Shown: in pieces, positions 49,861 through 60,529 of the stretch
How positions within the stretch are numbered: position 1 is the stretch's first letter
Layout: the number at the start of each line of letters is the position of its first letter
Assembly: GCA_963728205.1 (NCBI GenBank)
Contig: CAVSIV010000006.1
Span: 320,001-384,000, forward strand
Reading direction: 5' to 3'
DNA from: an uncultured Chloroflexia bacterium
GTDB lineage: Bacteria > Chloroflexota > Dehalococcoidia > UBA2979
DNA: 64,000 nucleotides
Program-made: the position numbers and the translations under genes
Notes under the pieces: model-generated
The model's input: only the letters and a program-made list of their open reading frames with translations
What the model was told of the DNA's origin: nothing
Database searches by the model: none

Positions 49861-50574
49861 ATGCATGGATTGCGCGTGGCGTCGGTCGCAGCCGTCGCCG
49901 TTCTCGGGTTCGCCGTGGCGGCCTGCTCGAGCAGCCAGGGTCGGCGGACCGCCGCGACCGCCTCGACCACGGCTCCCGTCGGGACCTCGCCGACGGCGGC
50001 GATCGCCTCGAACTCTCCGACGTCGCCCGCCAGACCGACGGCGTTTCCCACGGCAGCGCCAACTGCCACCGGCTATCCGCACGGGACGACCACCGGCAAC
50101 ACCGTCGTCGACCAGCTCGCGGATGCATTCATCAAGCAAGACATCGCCCGACTCCTTGACCTCGCTCGCTACGAGCAAGCGTCATGTGCCACGACCACGA
50201 CGACTGACTGGAACGGGCCGCCACCACCGTGTCCGACTGGAGTGGTTCCGGGTACCCCCGTGAAGTTCATGACGCTGGTTTCTTGTCATGGGCTCGTACG
50301 TGGGCCCGACGACCTCGCGCTCAGCCTGCGTGTTGTTTCGTCGGACATCCGGCTCTTCGCCGTCGCGAAGGCGGAGGGCGACTCAGATCCACGTGCCGAA
50401 TACCACGTGTTCTTCTCGATGGCCGTGGGGCGTGAAGCCGACAACTGGGGAGTCGAATTCGTGACCGGCGCGGGTGGCTTCATTCATGTCAAGGGCGGAT
50501 GCGGAACCAGTGCATCGCAGATGAGCGCCGGTGTCCCACCAACTGCGTTCCTGCTTCCGCCAAGTCCACAGTGA
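49861..50574 (+). CDS. Lipoprotein with one Cys-rich module
   Basis: AVAAC; TTGNTVVD..A....D..L...Y..ASC...PPPCPTGVVPGTPV...SCHG...GGCG. Confidence 0.7.
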   Translation: MHGLRVASVAAVAVLGFAVAACSSSQGRRTAATASTTAPVGTSPTAAIASNSPTSPARPTAFPTAAPTATGYPHGTTTGNTVVDQLADAFIKQDIARLLDLARYEQASCATTTTTDWNGPPPPCPTGVVPGTPVKFMTLVSCHGLVRGPDDLALSLRVVSSDIRLFAVAKAEGDSDPRAEYHVFFSMAVGREADNWGVEFVTGAGGFIHVKGGCGTSASQMSAGVPPTAFLLPPSPQ

Positions 50575-51103
50575 CGACCGCGCGGCAGTCGCCCCCAGGG
50601 ATCGGGCGGAGGGAGCGCCCCGCGACCCAGGCGGATCGAATGGCCAGGCCCCGGAAGTGCGGACGACTGTCGCGTTCCGCCGTGATCCCACGACGTCGGC
50701 GTAGAAGCTGGCGTTGAGGGTGCGAGCCGGAATGAATGCCTCGGACATGTGCGGGATCTTCGCGAGGCACGAGTCACCCGGTCAACTCGACGAACGCGAC
50801 CGGAAGCCGCTGCGAGGCACCGACCACGCGTGGACGGCCGCTCGGCTACGCGTCGCCCTGCACGTTCTCGGAGCCGATTGCGCGGGTTACGACTGTCGGT
50901 CCTGAGCTGGAGAAGCTGGTTCACCGATTCTGAATCCGCAGATGCCGTTCTGCTTCAACTGCCCGGCCTTACGGCCGGCATTCCCGATCATCTCAGAGGA
51001 AATAGCGGCGGCGTGCGCCGATCCCCACCCCGGCGGATGCGGTGGTTGGCTGAGCAAGCCACTTGTCGACGATTGCGTCGAAGACGTCGAAACGGCCCGA
51101 CGC

Positions 51104-51607
51104 CTACGGCGACTCCGGGCCCACCTCCTCCTGGCGCACCAGCTCCACGAGCTCGTCGCTGATGCGGAAGCCACGCCGCCGGAGCTCCGCGAGCAGTGGC
51201 GAGACGGCCGGGATCAGCCCGCGGTCGCGAGCCGTGCGCAGCAGGCCGAGCGTGCCGGTCAGGGGCAGCCCCTGCCGGGTCGCGAGATCACGAGCACGGC
51301 CATCGTCGAGCAAGACGATGTCGGCGTCCGCCTCGCGCATCAGCACGATGGCCTCCGCCTCCCCGCGGTCGAGTTCGGGCAGCAGCCCCGCAACGGCGGC
51401 GCGGTCGGCGACTGGCCGGACGGCCGGCCAGCCCGCCGCGATCGCGTCACGCAGGGCGGTGGCGCCGGGGATGTCTGGGCCGGCGCGGAGCACCTCGTCG
51501 CGCACCGCGATCGGCGCGATCACCTCGTCGAAAAGCTGCTTGAGGAGGTCGAGCCGGCCAATCCAGGAGAAGTGGATGAGCGGACCAGCGTCGGAGACCG
51601 CCCTCAC
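51104..51607 (-). CDS. DUF3368 PIN-like protein (putative toxin)
   Basis: VSDAGPLI...LDRGEAEAI...LLDD..AR...GTLGLL...GFRIS. Confidence 0.85.
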   Translation of the reverse strand: MRAVSDAGPLIHFSWIGRLDLLKQLFDEVIAPIAVRDEVLRAGPDIPGATALRDAIAAGWPAVRPVADRAAVAGLLPELDRGEAEAIVLMREADADIVLLDDGRARDLATRQGLPLTGTLGLLRTARDRGLIPAVSPLLAELRRRGFRISDELVELVRQEEVGPESP

Positions 51608-51897
51608 GCCGAGCCGCGGCGCCGCTGCGCTTCGGCGAGCCCGCGCAGGTCCTGCTGGTAGTCGGCCGCCTCGTAGCGAACCGTGGGGAGCCCCATCTCG
51701 GCCAGCAGCCACTCGAACTCGACGCGCGGAACGCCCGCCAGCTCTGCCGCCTTGCCGATGGAGACCAGGCCCTCGAGGAACAGGTGGATCGCGAGCGCGG
51801 CCTTGACCTGCCCGGCCGTGTCGCGCGCGGCAATCCGCGAGCCCTGGAGCAGGGCGAGCAACTCCTCCGGGACCTCGACCTGCTGCGTGCTCACCAC
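51604..51897 (-). CDS. UPF0175-family protein (putative antitoxin)
   Basis: ALAIHLF.EG.VSIGKAAELAG..R.EF; GTGA overlap. Confidence 0.85.
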   Translation of the reverse strand: MVSTQQVEVPEELLALLQGSRIAARDTAGQVKAALAIHLFLEGLVSIGKAAELAGVPRVEFEWLLAEMGLPTVRYEAADYQQDLRGLAEAQRRRGSA

Positions 51898-51990
51898 GTC
51901 ACCTCTCGTCGGTCCGGAAACCAGTGTAGCCGCCAGCCGCCGCCGTGATGGGGCGAGTTCGGCGGCGCGGCCCTCGGAACTCCGTCGCCG

Positions 51991-52576
51991 ATGCAGTGCT
52001 GGAGTCCCCGCCGAGCAGTCGAACTGACCGATGGGAAGGGGCGCCACTACCCGGTGATCGCCGACAACGAGGGCCATCTCTTCTTCCGGCCCGCGCCGAT
52101 CGCCTGTGGGGTCTGGGCCGCCGACACCGGCGAGTGCCTGGATGTGACCGCCGCTACGCGATTGGACTTTCCACCCGGACCGGCCGATATCTGGCAGTCG
52201 GCCACGGTGTGCCTGCAATCGCCGTGTCGCGTCACGCTCTTCAGCCTCGACCGGCTCGTCAACCCCGAGCGGGGGGACCGTCACATGCCACGCCAGCCCG
52301 GCTGCGCACCAGTTGGAGGTCGACTTCGCGACGACGGCGTACCGACTCCGCTTCACGTGGGCCGGGCGTCCGGGTGCCGAGCCTCCGCCCTGTTCGGACC
52401 TCGCCTCCGGGACGTTGCCGGCGGGGACGTTGATCGCGATCGGCTTCTCGGGGACGGTCACGGCATTCGATCCGGGCGGCGCGCCACTCCCCGTCGCCGC
52501 CGCCGACCGCGTTCTCTACGTGGGCGGGTTCACGCCCGCGGTCGTGGCGTGCCCCTGCGAGCAATGGGGCGAATGA
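51991..52576 (+). pseudogene. C-terminal fragment of a Cys-rich exported protein (frameshift ~52275)
   Basis: ORFs 51991 and 52313 read as one domain ending CPCEQWGE; no signal peptide. Confidence 0.4.
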
Positions 52577-52752
52577 CGATCTGCCAGGCGGCGGAAGTCG
52601 AAGACCATGGCGAAGGCGGTAAGGCGGACTGTGGGCTGCCCCGGACGCCGGACGAGCGACCAGCCCCGAATCAGGGGGGCGGAACCGCGGGGTCGTCGGA
52701 GGTGTACTAGCGTTGGATCCCGCCGGACGCGGGCGACGTACGGGAGGCAACC

Positions 52753-53845
52753 GTGAGCGCGACGCAGCGAAGGGACTCCGCGCTCGGTCGTCCGCCCGGC
52801 TCGCTTCGGCTGTTCCGGCTTGCGAGCATCGCGGCGCTCATCGTCATCGGTTTCGTCCTGCCCCGGGCGACCGGGCACGCGCTGGCGAAGGGCGGCGGCC
52901 CGGAGGATCCTGCGTGGCTCGACTCGATCGCGCGGCCCGGGGCGACCGGCGCCTGGCTGGTGATGGCCCCGGAGGACGCGGACGGCCTCGCATACTCAAT
53001 CATGTTTACGGAGCCGACGCCGCTCGATGGTCCGCCTTCGAGATCTGGGCAGCTCGGTCGGCGTGCGTGGCGCGTACTGGGCGACGCTCACGCCGGGCAT
53101 CACGTCGCAGGCGGCGCCGACGGCGGACTATTACCCGGGGACCGGGATCGTCCACGCCCACGTCGGCGCCGGGTACGCGGGCGCCACCTGGTTCCGGCTG
53201 GACGCTCGCCGGCAGGCGCTCATGGATCGCTACGCCGCGATCGCCGGCGACCCCGCGCTGCCTGACCAGCCATCGGAGCTGGCGGTGTTGCTCGCGGCGC
53301 GGCGCGACGGGGAAACCGAGGTGCAGGTGCGGGTCGACGGTCGCCCGCTGGACCCCGCGCAGAGCGGGGCGTTCTGGCGCTTCGCGTCCGGGCTCGACGC
53401 CGCTGAGACCAACCTCGCGACCGTGTTCGCCCGGCCTGCGCCGCACGCCACCGTGCCCGGGATGCCCGGTGTGGGGGCGGACCTCGGCGTCAATCTTGGT
53501 CCCCTGCACCTCGGTCCGCCCCTCGCGGCGCGACAAGAGCGAAGCGTGGATCTCGCGCTGCCGGAGGGGCGGACGATCTTCTACACCTTCGCCCCACGCT
53601 CGTCGCTGCTGTTCGGCGCGACCTTCAGCAACGGCGCGCGCTACCCGGGCTACACGTTGCCCGCCGTGTTCACGTCCTGGCTGACGAAGGTCGCGCCGTC
53701 CTCGGGCGCGACTCGTGGCGCCATGCCGGCTGGCGCGGTCGCCGTGTTCGCGATCGCCGCGCTGTGCGCCGTCGTCGCGTCACTTGCGCTGGGCGTCGCC
53801 GTGTGGCGGGCGAGCGCAGACCGCTCACGCCTCGCCGGTGGCTGA
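52753..53845 (+). CDS. Exported protein with C-terminal membrane anchor (frameshift ~53040)
   Basis: Signal peptide ALA-KGG; C-terminal TM plus basic tail in 53027..53845. Confidence 0.55.
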
Positions 53846-54123
53846 GGTCCACAACCGTCCCGCGGCTGGCGATCCCATATGCGTTGCGGGATGACAACTC
53901 GCCGTGAGTCTGACACGGTCGGCGTGGTGGCGCCGGGGGAGGTGCAGATGCGCGTCGCGACCATCGCGCTCGTTCCCCTCCTCCTTGTCGCTTCGATCCC
54001 GGTCACTGCCGGCCGGGTCGCCCCACAAGCAACCGAGCCGATAGCGATCGCGGGTGTGCCGCGTCTTGTCCTCGAGTGCATGCGGCTCGCGCCGCCGCTT
54101 CGTCCCTGCGCGCCCGCCGCATC

Positions 54124-55516
54124 GTGACGAAGCGCGTGAAGACGATCGCCGCTGGGGGCGGGTTGGCGCTGGTGGCCGTCGCGGTGCTCGCGATCGCCCT
54201 CTCCCACCGCGGCGCCGGGGCGCCGGCCGCTGCCTCCGCCACCGTCACGGCGACCCCCACGACTGCGGTCGCGGCGACCGCGCCGCCGACCGCCGGTCCC
54301 ACCGAGGCGCCGGCCCTGCCGGTCGCGCTGCGCAGCCGGCTGGCGAGGATGCCGGGCGTCGGCGACGTGCTTGCGGCCGTCGAAGCCGCGGACGCCGACC
54401 GCCTGGTGACGCTCACCTTCCACCAGCCGGGCTACTGCGGGTTCGTGCCGACCGACGTCACGCCGGCGCCGGTGGCACCCGCCGACGCGTACCGCGCGAG
54501 CAACGCCTGCCGCGCACCCGGCGTCTCTACATACGAGGGCATCGCGGTCGCGGCCGACCTCCCGGGCGCGCTCAACGCCGGGCTGGAGCTCTGGAACGAC
54601 GCGGCCTTCGCGACCGCCGCCCGCGCCCTCTTCGGCGCGCACCCGCGACTCGCGTCGGTCTCGGATCGCGCCTATCGCCTGCCCGCCTCCGACGGCACCG
54701 CGTTCGAGGTCCGCCATCGCTACACGCTCTGGTACGCGCTCGCCGCCGACCCCGGGATCACGGGCGCGCCCACCGGAGACGCCGCCGACGGCGGCCAGTC
54801 GACCGAGCCTGTGAATGGCTTCGCGCTCGAGGTCGACACGGGAGAGGCGCAGCCGGTCGCGGCCCTCGAGCTCCTCCATCGTGAAACGTGGCCGGCGCCC
54901 GACACCGTCGACGCGCAGCCGCCGCCCCGCCGCGTCACGCAGGACGCCGGCGCCTCCGTGCGGTCCGCGCTCGCGGCGGTGCCGGGCGTGCGCGACGTGA
55001 TCGCGGCCGCGGACGCCGGCGACGTCGACGCGCTCCTCGCGCTCTTCCAGACGCACGAGGCGATTCTGCATCCGGCCGCCGCTCCCGGGCCACGAGACGC
55101 CGGAGCTATGCGACGACGTCGGCGACCCGCCCGGCGACCGCTACACCGCGTTCACGATGGACGTCGGCACGACGTTCCCGGCGAGCCGGCAGCGCACCCG
55201 CGCGCTGATCGGCGCGCTGTTCATCGGCGGACCGCCGCGCCTCGAGGGCGCGTGGCGCCTGGTCCGGCGGCAGAACGGCGCCGTGGTCGGCGACATCTAC
55301 TACGTGGCGCTCGCCGGCCTCGAGTTCGAGGCGCCGCGCGCGCGGCTCTCGCTCGGCGCTTACTCGTGGGACTCCGTCGTGCTCGCGGTCGACCCAAGCG
55401 CGCCGCAGCCGATCGCGTCGTTCGCGATCCGGAGCCCTCGGTACCCGGCGTCAGTCATGGTGGAGTCGTTCGCGCGCGGCGCGAGCGCGGGAAGCACGCT
55501 CGAGCCGGTGCGGTGA
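54124..55516 (+). CDS. Membrane-anchored protein with two diverged 'PGV.DV..A..A.D.D.L' modules (frameshift ~55080)
   Basis: N-terminal TM; internal duplication related to the Cys-rich module family. Confidence 0.55.
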
Positions 55517-55554
55517 GGCGTCGCCCGTGTTAGGGCGTCGGCGGCGGTGCCTTG

Positions 55555-55730
55555 CGGATCCGTCGATCCTTCCGGCGTGCCATGGCCGCCAATCCCGATG
55601 ATGCCGCTGTCGGGGTCCACCCAGAAGGCGACGGGGTGGCCCGGGGGCGCACCGTCTGGGCCGATGGTCGCCAGGCGACCGAGCGGGTGCTCGGTCAGGC
55701 GCTCGAGCTCAGCCTCAGTGAAGACCGTGC
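55555..55730 (-). pseudogene. PPOX-class F420-dependent oxidoreductase N-terminal remnant
   Basis: VFTEAELERLTEHPLGRLATIGPDGAP..HPVAFWVD...IGIGGH. Confidence 0.6.
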
Positions 55731-55819
55731 GGCCACCCTAACACGTAAACCTAAGTTGAGATCACGGCCGGTGCGGCCGCTTGTTACTTCTCGTGCCCGG
55801 CTGGGTGACGTGTCGGGCC

Positions 55820-55950
55820 GCCGAAGCGCTCAGCGACTCGGTGGTGCACTCGCTCCGCCTCACGCCCGGCGAGACCGAGGAGATTCAGCGGTTGGCCGAA
55901 GCGGCCGGGATCCCGGCATCAGCTCTGGTGTGGGACCGGGTCCTCCACCG
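55820..55950 (+). pseudogene. CopG/RHH-like remnant
   Basis: SVVHSLRLTPGETEEIQRLAEAAGIPASALV. Confidence 0.4.
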
Positions 55951-56274
55951 GCCTGGCAGCGGTCGTCGGGGCTCCGGAGGCCTCGTCGCTCGGCGTGCCC
56001 GTGGAGACGCTCGCTCGGAACGTCGACAGCCTGCGGTGCGGTCTCGCCCGCCGGAAGAAGGCGTCGTGACTGTATCGCGGGCGCGGCGCCGCTGCCCCAC
56101 GTCGGCTCGCAGTCGCCCCCCACGCCGCACCGCGGCAGCCCTCCTCGACGCGTCGGTCGGCGCGTCACGCGACGCTCTTGTAGGGGAATTTGTCGGGGAA
56201 ACGCCCGCGGGGCCCGGATCGGCCGCCAAATCGGCACTCGCGGAGGCTCGTCTGAATCTGTAAAGTGCTCGATC

Positions 56275-56346
56275 GGGCCCGTAGCTCAGCGGTAGAGCAG
56301 TGGACTTTTAATCCATCGGTCCAGGGTTCGAATCCCTGCGGGCCTA
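56275..56346 (+). tRNA. tRNA-Lys (TTT)
   Basis: GGGCCCG acceptor stem; GCTC D-arm; GTGGA-CTTTTAA-TCCAT anticodon arm; GGTTCGAATCC T-arm; no encoded CCA. Confidence 0.97.
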
Positions 56347-56574
56347 CGATCCGCCAAACCTGTCGGCCGACCGTACGACCGCCCGCCCATGGGCGGCCCA
56401 TCTCGCCGTGCCGCATTCGTGCCACATCTTCGCGTGCGGCACGGGCCCGGCATCGCCGATGACGCGTGGCCGAGCCGCCGCGAGACGCCGTAGATCCCCG
56501 TACCCGAGCGCCCGGGGCGTGATCCTCGGCGCTGCTGTCGACGGTCTGCAACGCCGCCCCGGCGCCTTCGCCGG

Positions 56575-57072
56575 CTACTGCCCCGAAGCCTCCGGAGCGA
56601 ACTGGCGCGCGCGCCCTCCGGTTTCCATCTGGTACTTCCGCTGCAGCGCGAGCATCTCATCCGGGTCGGGCGACCCGCCCGACGCCGCCGTCAGTCGCGC
56701 GGCCTCCCGCCAGTACTGCTCGAACCCCGGTGGCGTGAGGATCACGAGAAACTCTGCAGCGCTCGTGCCGACGTTGGCGACCGTGTGCCACGTTCCCCTG
56801 GGCACGAGCGCGACCCCGCCGGACGCGACCGCGATGGAGCGATCCCCGACTCGACACTCCAGCAGGCCATCCAGCACGTAGACCGCCTCGTCCGCGTCGT
56901 GATGGAGGTGCAGCGGTGGCCCGGGTGCCGGCGGTGGTGCCATCGTCCAGTGCGTGAGCGAGTAGCCGCCGCCGGTCTCGATCGCGCTCAGCGCAAACCT
57001 CACCCGGTTGGGACCCAAATCGACGGAGTCCACTCCCCCCGACTGCCGAACGACGCCACCCGGTGCGCTCAT
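56575..57072 (-). CDS. Cupin domain protein
   Basis: PPLHLHHDADEAVYVLDG...VPRGTWH...ILTPPGFE. Confidence 0.88.
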   Translation of the reverse strand: MSAPGGVVRQSGGVDSVDLGPNRVRFALSAIETGGGYSLTHWTMAPPPAPGPPLHLHHDADEAVYVLDGLLECRVGDRSIAVASGGVALVPRGTWHTVANVGTSAAEFLVILTPPGFEQYWREAARLTAASGGSPDPDEMLALQRKYQMETGGRARQFAPEASGQ

Positions 57073-57333
57073 GTGCTCCCTCGACCTATCGACCGCGCTG
57101 TTCGGATCGCGAGGCGCCCCGCGCCGCGCCCCGGGATATTACGGCGCGCGCGCGTGCCACATATTCGGTCGAACGTGGCACGCGCGCGGCGACTCGTGCG
57201 ATCGTTGAGGCGCTCCGGACCACCCGCTGCTGTGTGTCCCAGTCGAAACCGGAGCGGGGCCCTTTACGGTTCCTTGCGCTTTTCCCTCCCACCTTTGCGC
57301 AGTTCGACAATCCGCCGACATAGCGTCGACCGC

Positions 57334-58701
57334 ATGAGCCGCCGTGCACTGGAGCGCCCGATGCCCCGCCGCGGCCCCGACGCGCGCGGGCACCGGCGCC
57401 TGCCGCGCGCCGGGGACGTCCTCACGATCACCGCACGACGCCTCGGGTGGGGCGCGCGGCGGCGCCCCGCCTGGGGGCGGGACGACCGCGGCCAGGCGGC
57501 GCTCATGCTGATCGTCGTGATGTTCTTCTTCGCCGTCGCCGGGCTGCTCGTCGTCGACGGCGGGCTGGCATTCACCGACCGCCGCGACGCGCAGAACGAC
57601 GTGGATCGCGCGGCGCTCGCGGGAGCGATCGAGCTGAAGCTCGACCCGACCCAGACGAGCACCGGCGCGTATGACGCGGCGCACCAGTGGCTGATCAACA
57701 ACGACTACGCGCGTGCGGACGCGGCCGCCCAGTACACGATCGACGTCGTCCGCAACTGCTACAACGCCGTCGGCGACGGGTACTACGACGGCGTCCGCGT
57801 CACGGTCTCCCGCACGCCGCCCACCGCGGGCTTCCTCGCGCTCTTCGGTCTGAACTGGGAGACGGGTGCCAGCGCCCTCGCGTGTGCCGGCCGGCTCGCG
57901 AACACCACCGGGTTCCTGCCGTTCTTCGTGTCGATGAGCGGGCCGTCCGCGCTCTGCTACGACGCCGGCGCGCTCATCCCCGGCAATCGCTGCGCCGTGC
58001 GCCTGTTCACCACGCCCGAGACGGGACTCGCCGCCCTGCCGACGAGCGGCCCCTGCGACTCGGGGAAGCCGAGCGGCAGCGACGTCCGCACCAACATCGC
58101 CGAGGGTTCGCAGATCACCTGCGGCGTCGGCGACCTGATCCGGGGCGCGTCGGGCGCGAAGACCGGGCCGGTGAAGCAGGGGCTCGGCGATCGGCTCTCC
58201 GGGGACGGGGCGTGCGAGCAGGCGTCCGCCGTCACGCAGACGGCGTTGACGACGGCGTCGAGCGCGCTGAACAGCCAGGCACTCGCCCGCGGGAACTACG
58301 CGCTGGCCGGGACGCCGTCGACCGGCAACGGGATCGACGACCTGTTCGAGATCTGGAGCCAGCCCGACGCCTCCGCGCTCGACCCCGGCGGCAACGCCGC
58401 CGCGAACGTAGCCGCCAACGGCTGCGCCAGCGTGCGCAACGTCCTGCTCATCGTGATCAACGACATCACGCAGCCGGACCAGGGCGGCCTCGGGAACGCG
58501 GAGTACGAGGTGCGCGGGTTCATCCGCGGCTACCTCGAGGGGTGCGACGACGGCAGCGGGGGTGTGGACACCGAGTGCTCCGGCAACACCTCGAAGAACG
58601 GCGTCTACATCCGCATCCTGCAGCAACTCGGCGCTGCGGCGGTCGGCGAGCTGGGCGACCAGGCCGGCACGGGCGACATCGGCGTCTACCTGAGGCAGTA
58701 G
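57334..58701 (+). CDS. TadG-like Flp pilus assembly protein
   Basis: DDRGQAA-hydrophobic-VDGG...RRDAQN.VDRAALAGA; TAGCGT 7 nt before ATG. Confidence 0.8.
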   Translation: MSRRALERPMPRRGPDARGHRRLPRAGDVLTITARRLGWGARRRPAWGRDDRGQAALMLIVVMFFFAVAGLLVVDGGLAFTDRRDAQNDVDRAALAGAIELKLDPTQTSTGAYDAAHQWLINNDYARADAAAQYTIDVVRNCYNAVGDGYYDGVRVTVSRTPPTAGFLALFGLNWETGASALACAGRLANTTGFLPFFVSMSGPSALCYDAGALIPGNRCAVRLFTTPETGLAALPTSGPCDSGKPSGSDVRTNIAEGSQITCGVGDLIRGASGAKTGPVKQGLGDRLSGDGACEQASAVTQTALTTASSALNSQALARGNYALAGTPSTGNGIDDLFEIWSQPDASALDPGGNAAANVAANGCASVRNVLLIVINDITQPDQGGLGNAEYEVRGFIRGYLEGCDDGSGGVDTECSGNTSKNGVYIRILQQLGAAAVGELGDQAGTGDIGVYLRQ

Positions 58702-58800
58702 GCGCGGCGCGACCGGCAGGGGGCCCGGGCCGGCCGCGCATCCTTCGCGAACCGCAGGTCACTGCCTGAAACGCGCGGTCTGAGCAAGCGTCGCCGGCGG

Positions 58801-60483
58801 TCAGTCCGGCGACGCCGCGGACTGCGGGTGCGGCATCCGCACGACGAAGCGGCTTCCGCCGTCGGCGGGGAACTCCGCGACCAGCGTGCCGCCGTGCGCC
58901 GCCGCGATCTCGCGGCTGATGAAGAGGCCGAGGCCGAGCCCCGTCTGCCGGCCCGGCCCCTGCCCCGACCGGAAGCGCTCGAACAGCGAGTCGCGCAACT
59001 CCGGCGGCACGCCGGCCCCGTGATCGCGCACCGTGAGCGCCCACGCGCCCGCGTCCCGCCCGAGCCGCACCTCGATCGGCCGCTCGCTGCCGCCGTGGCG
59101 CGCGGCGTTGTCGAGCAGGTTGACCACCACCTGCTCCACGCGCAGCGGGTCGGCATCGACCATCAGCGTCTCGGGCGCGTCGAGCGTGATCGCGACGCCG
59201 CTGATCTCGCGCGTGATGGCCGCGGCGTCGCGGACGAGTGCGGCGACATCGACCCACTCAATCGTGAGCGAGAAGCGGCCGGCGTCCATGCGCGAGATGT
59301 CGAGCAGCTGCCCGATCAGGCGGTCCAGGCGGTCGGCCTGGCGCAGCGCCGTCGTCAGGAGCGGCTGCACGCGATCGACGTCGCCCGGCCGCGCGCGCAG
59401 CCGGCGCGAGGCGAGCTCGGTGCTCATGCGCAGCCCGGTGAGCGGCGTGCGCAGCTCGTGCGCCGCAATCGCGACGAACTCGTCGCGCAGCCGCGCGGTC
59501 TCGCGCGCTGTGAACGCCTCCGCCTGCGCCGCGCGCTCCTCCTCGACGACCTGTGCGCGGCCGATCGCGAGCGCGAAGCGATCGGCGACGACGCGCAGCA
59601 GCGCGAGGTCCTCGCGCGTGAAGCGCCGGAGCCGCCGGCTGCCCACCTGCAGCACGCCGAGGGTCGAGCCGCCATCGATCAGCGGCGCGCCCACGAGCGA
59701 GCTGACGCCGGTGCCCTCGAGCAGCCGCCGCAGGCCCTCGTCCTCGACTGAGTCGTCGATCACCACGAGCTGCCCGGAGTCGGCGACCCGCCGCGCCCAG
59801 CCGGCCCCGAGCGGCGCGCGCGTGCCGCGGCCGATCGGAAACTCGAACCCAACCGACGCGCCCACCGCCCACTCGTCGCCCTCGCGCAGCAGCACCATGG
59901 CCGTGTCGACCGAGAGGACGTCGGCGACGCGCTCGAGGATCGCGTCGAGCAGCGAGGGGAAGTCGAGCCGAGCGAGTCCGGCCTCGGTGACGCGCTGCAC
60001 GGCGTCGAGCCGCTCGCGCGCCGTCTCGGCCTCGAGTCGCGCCTGGCGCTCGGCGGCGAGCAGGATCTCGCGTTCGTCCTCGGCCTGCTTCCGCTCGGTG
60101 AGGTCGCGCGTGACCTTGGAGAAGCCGACGAGGACGCCGTTGTCGTCGTGGACGGCGCTGATGATCACGTTCGCCCAGAAGCGCGTGCCGTCCCTGCGCA
60201 GGCGCCAGCCCTCGTCCTCGAAGCGCCCGTCGGCCGCGGCGACCTTGAGCTCGTAGTCGGGCTTGCCGGCGCGCGCCTCGACGCCCGGGTAGAAGATCGA
60301 GAAGTGCCGTCCGATGATCTCGTCGGCGCGGTAGCCCTTGATGCGCTCGGCACCGCGGTTCCAGGTGACGACGAATCCGCCCGGGTCGAGCAGGAAGATC
60401 GCGTAGTCGCGCACGCTCTCGACGAGCCGGTAGAAGAGCAGGTCGTGCTGCGCGGCGGCCGTGTGCGTGCGTTCCCCGGTCAC
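58801..60483 (-). CDS. PAS-GAF sensor histidine kinase
   Basis: PAS (WNRGAERIKGY), GAF, AHELRTPLT, NLLDNA, DHGAG, GLGLGL. Confidence 0.92.
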   Translation of the reverse strand: MTGERTHTAAAQHDLLFYRLVESVRDYAIFLLDPGGFVVTWNRGAERIKGYRADEIIGRHFSIFYPGVEARAGKPDYELKVAAADGRFEDEGWRLRRDGTRFWANVIISAVHDDNGVLVGFSKVTRDLTERKQAEDEREILLAAERQARLEAETARERLDAVQRVTEAGLARLDFPSLLDAILERVADVLSVDTAMVLLREGDEWAVGASVGFEFPIGRGTRAPLGAGWARRVADSGQLVVIDDSVEDEGLRRLLEGTGVSSLVGAPLIDGGSTLGVLQVGSRRLRRFTREDLALLRVVADRFALAIGRAQVVEEERAAQAEAFTARETARLRDEFVAIAAHELRTPLTGLRMSTELASRRLRARPGDVDRVQPLLTTALRQADRLDRLIGQLLDISRMDAGRFSLTIEWVDVAALVRDAAAITREISGVAITLDAPETLMVDADPLRVEQVVVNLLDNAARHGGSERPIEVRLGRDAGAWALTVRDHGAGVPPELRDSLFERFRSGQGPGRQTGLGLGLFISREIAAAHGGTLVAEFPADGGSRFVVRMPHPQSAASPD

Positions 60484-60529
60484 CCCGCTCCATCCTGTTC
60501 TGCGGCCATGCGGCGTGTCACCTTCCGGG

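Noticed and set aside
50480-51100. Short ORFs, including a possible DUF4037-like start (MSEAFIPARTLNASFYADVV)
   Set aside because: Too short and fragmented to support a call
55740-55765. MerR/SoxR-like operator upstream of the PPOX remnant
   Set aside because: Dyad is degenerate and no MerR gene is nearby
1-56200. Integron or CRISPR array
   Set aside because: No attC-like repeats between genes (most overlap), no IntI, and no regularly spaced direct repeats
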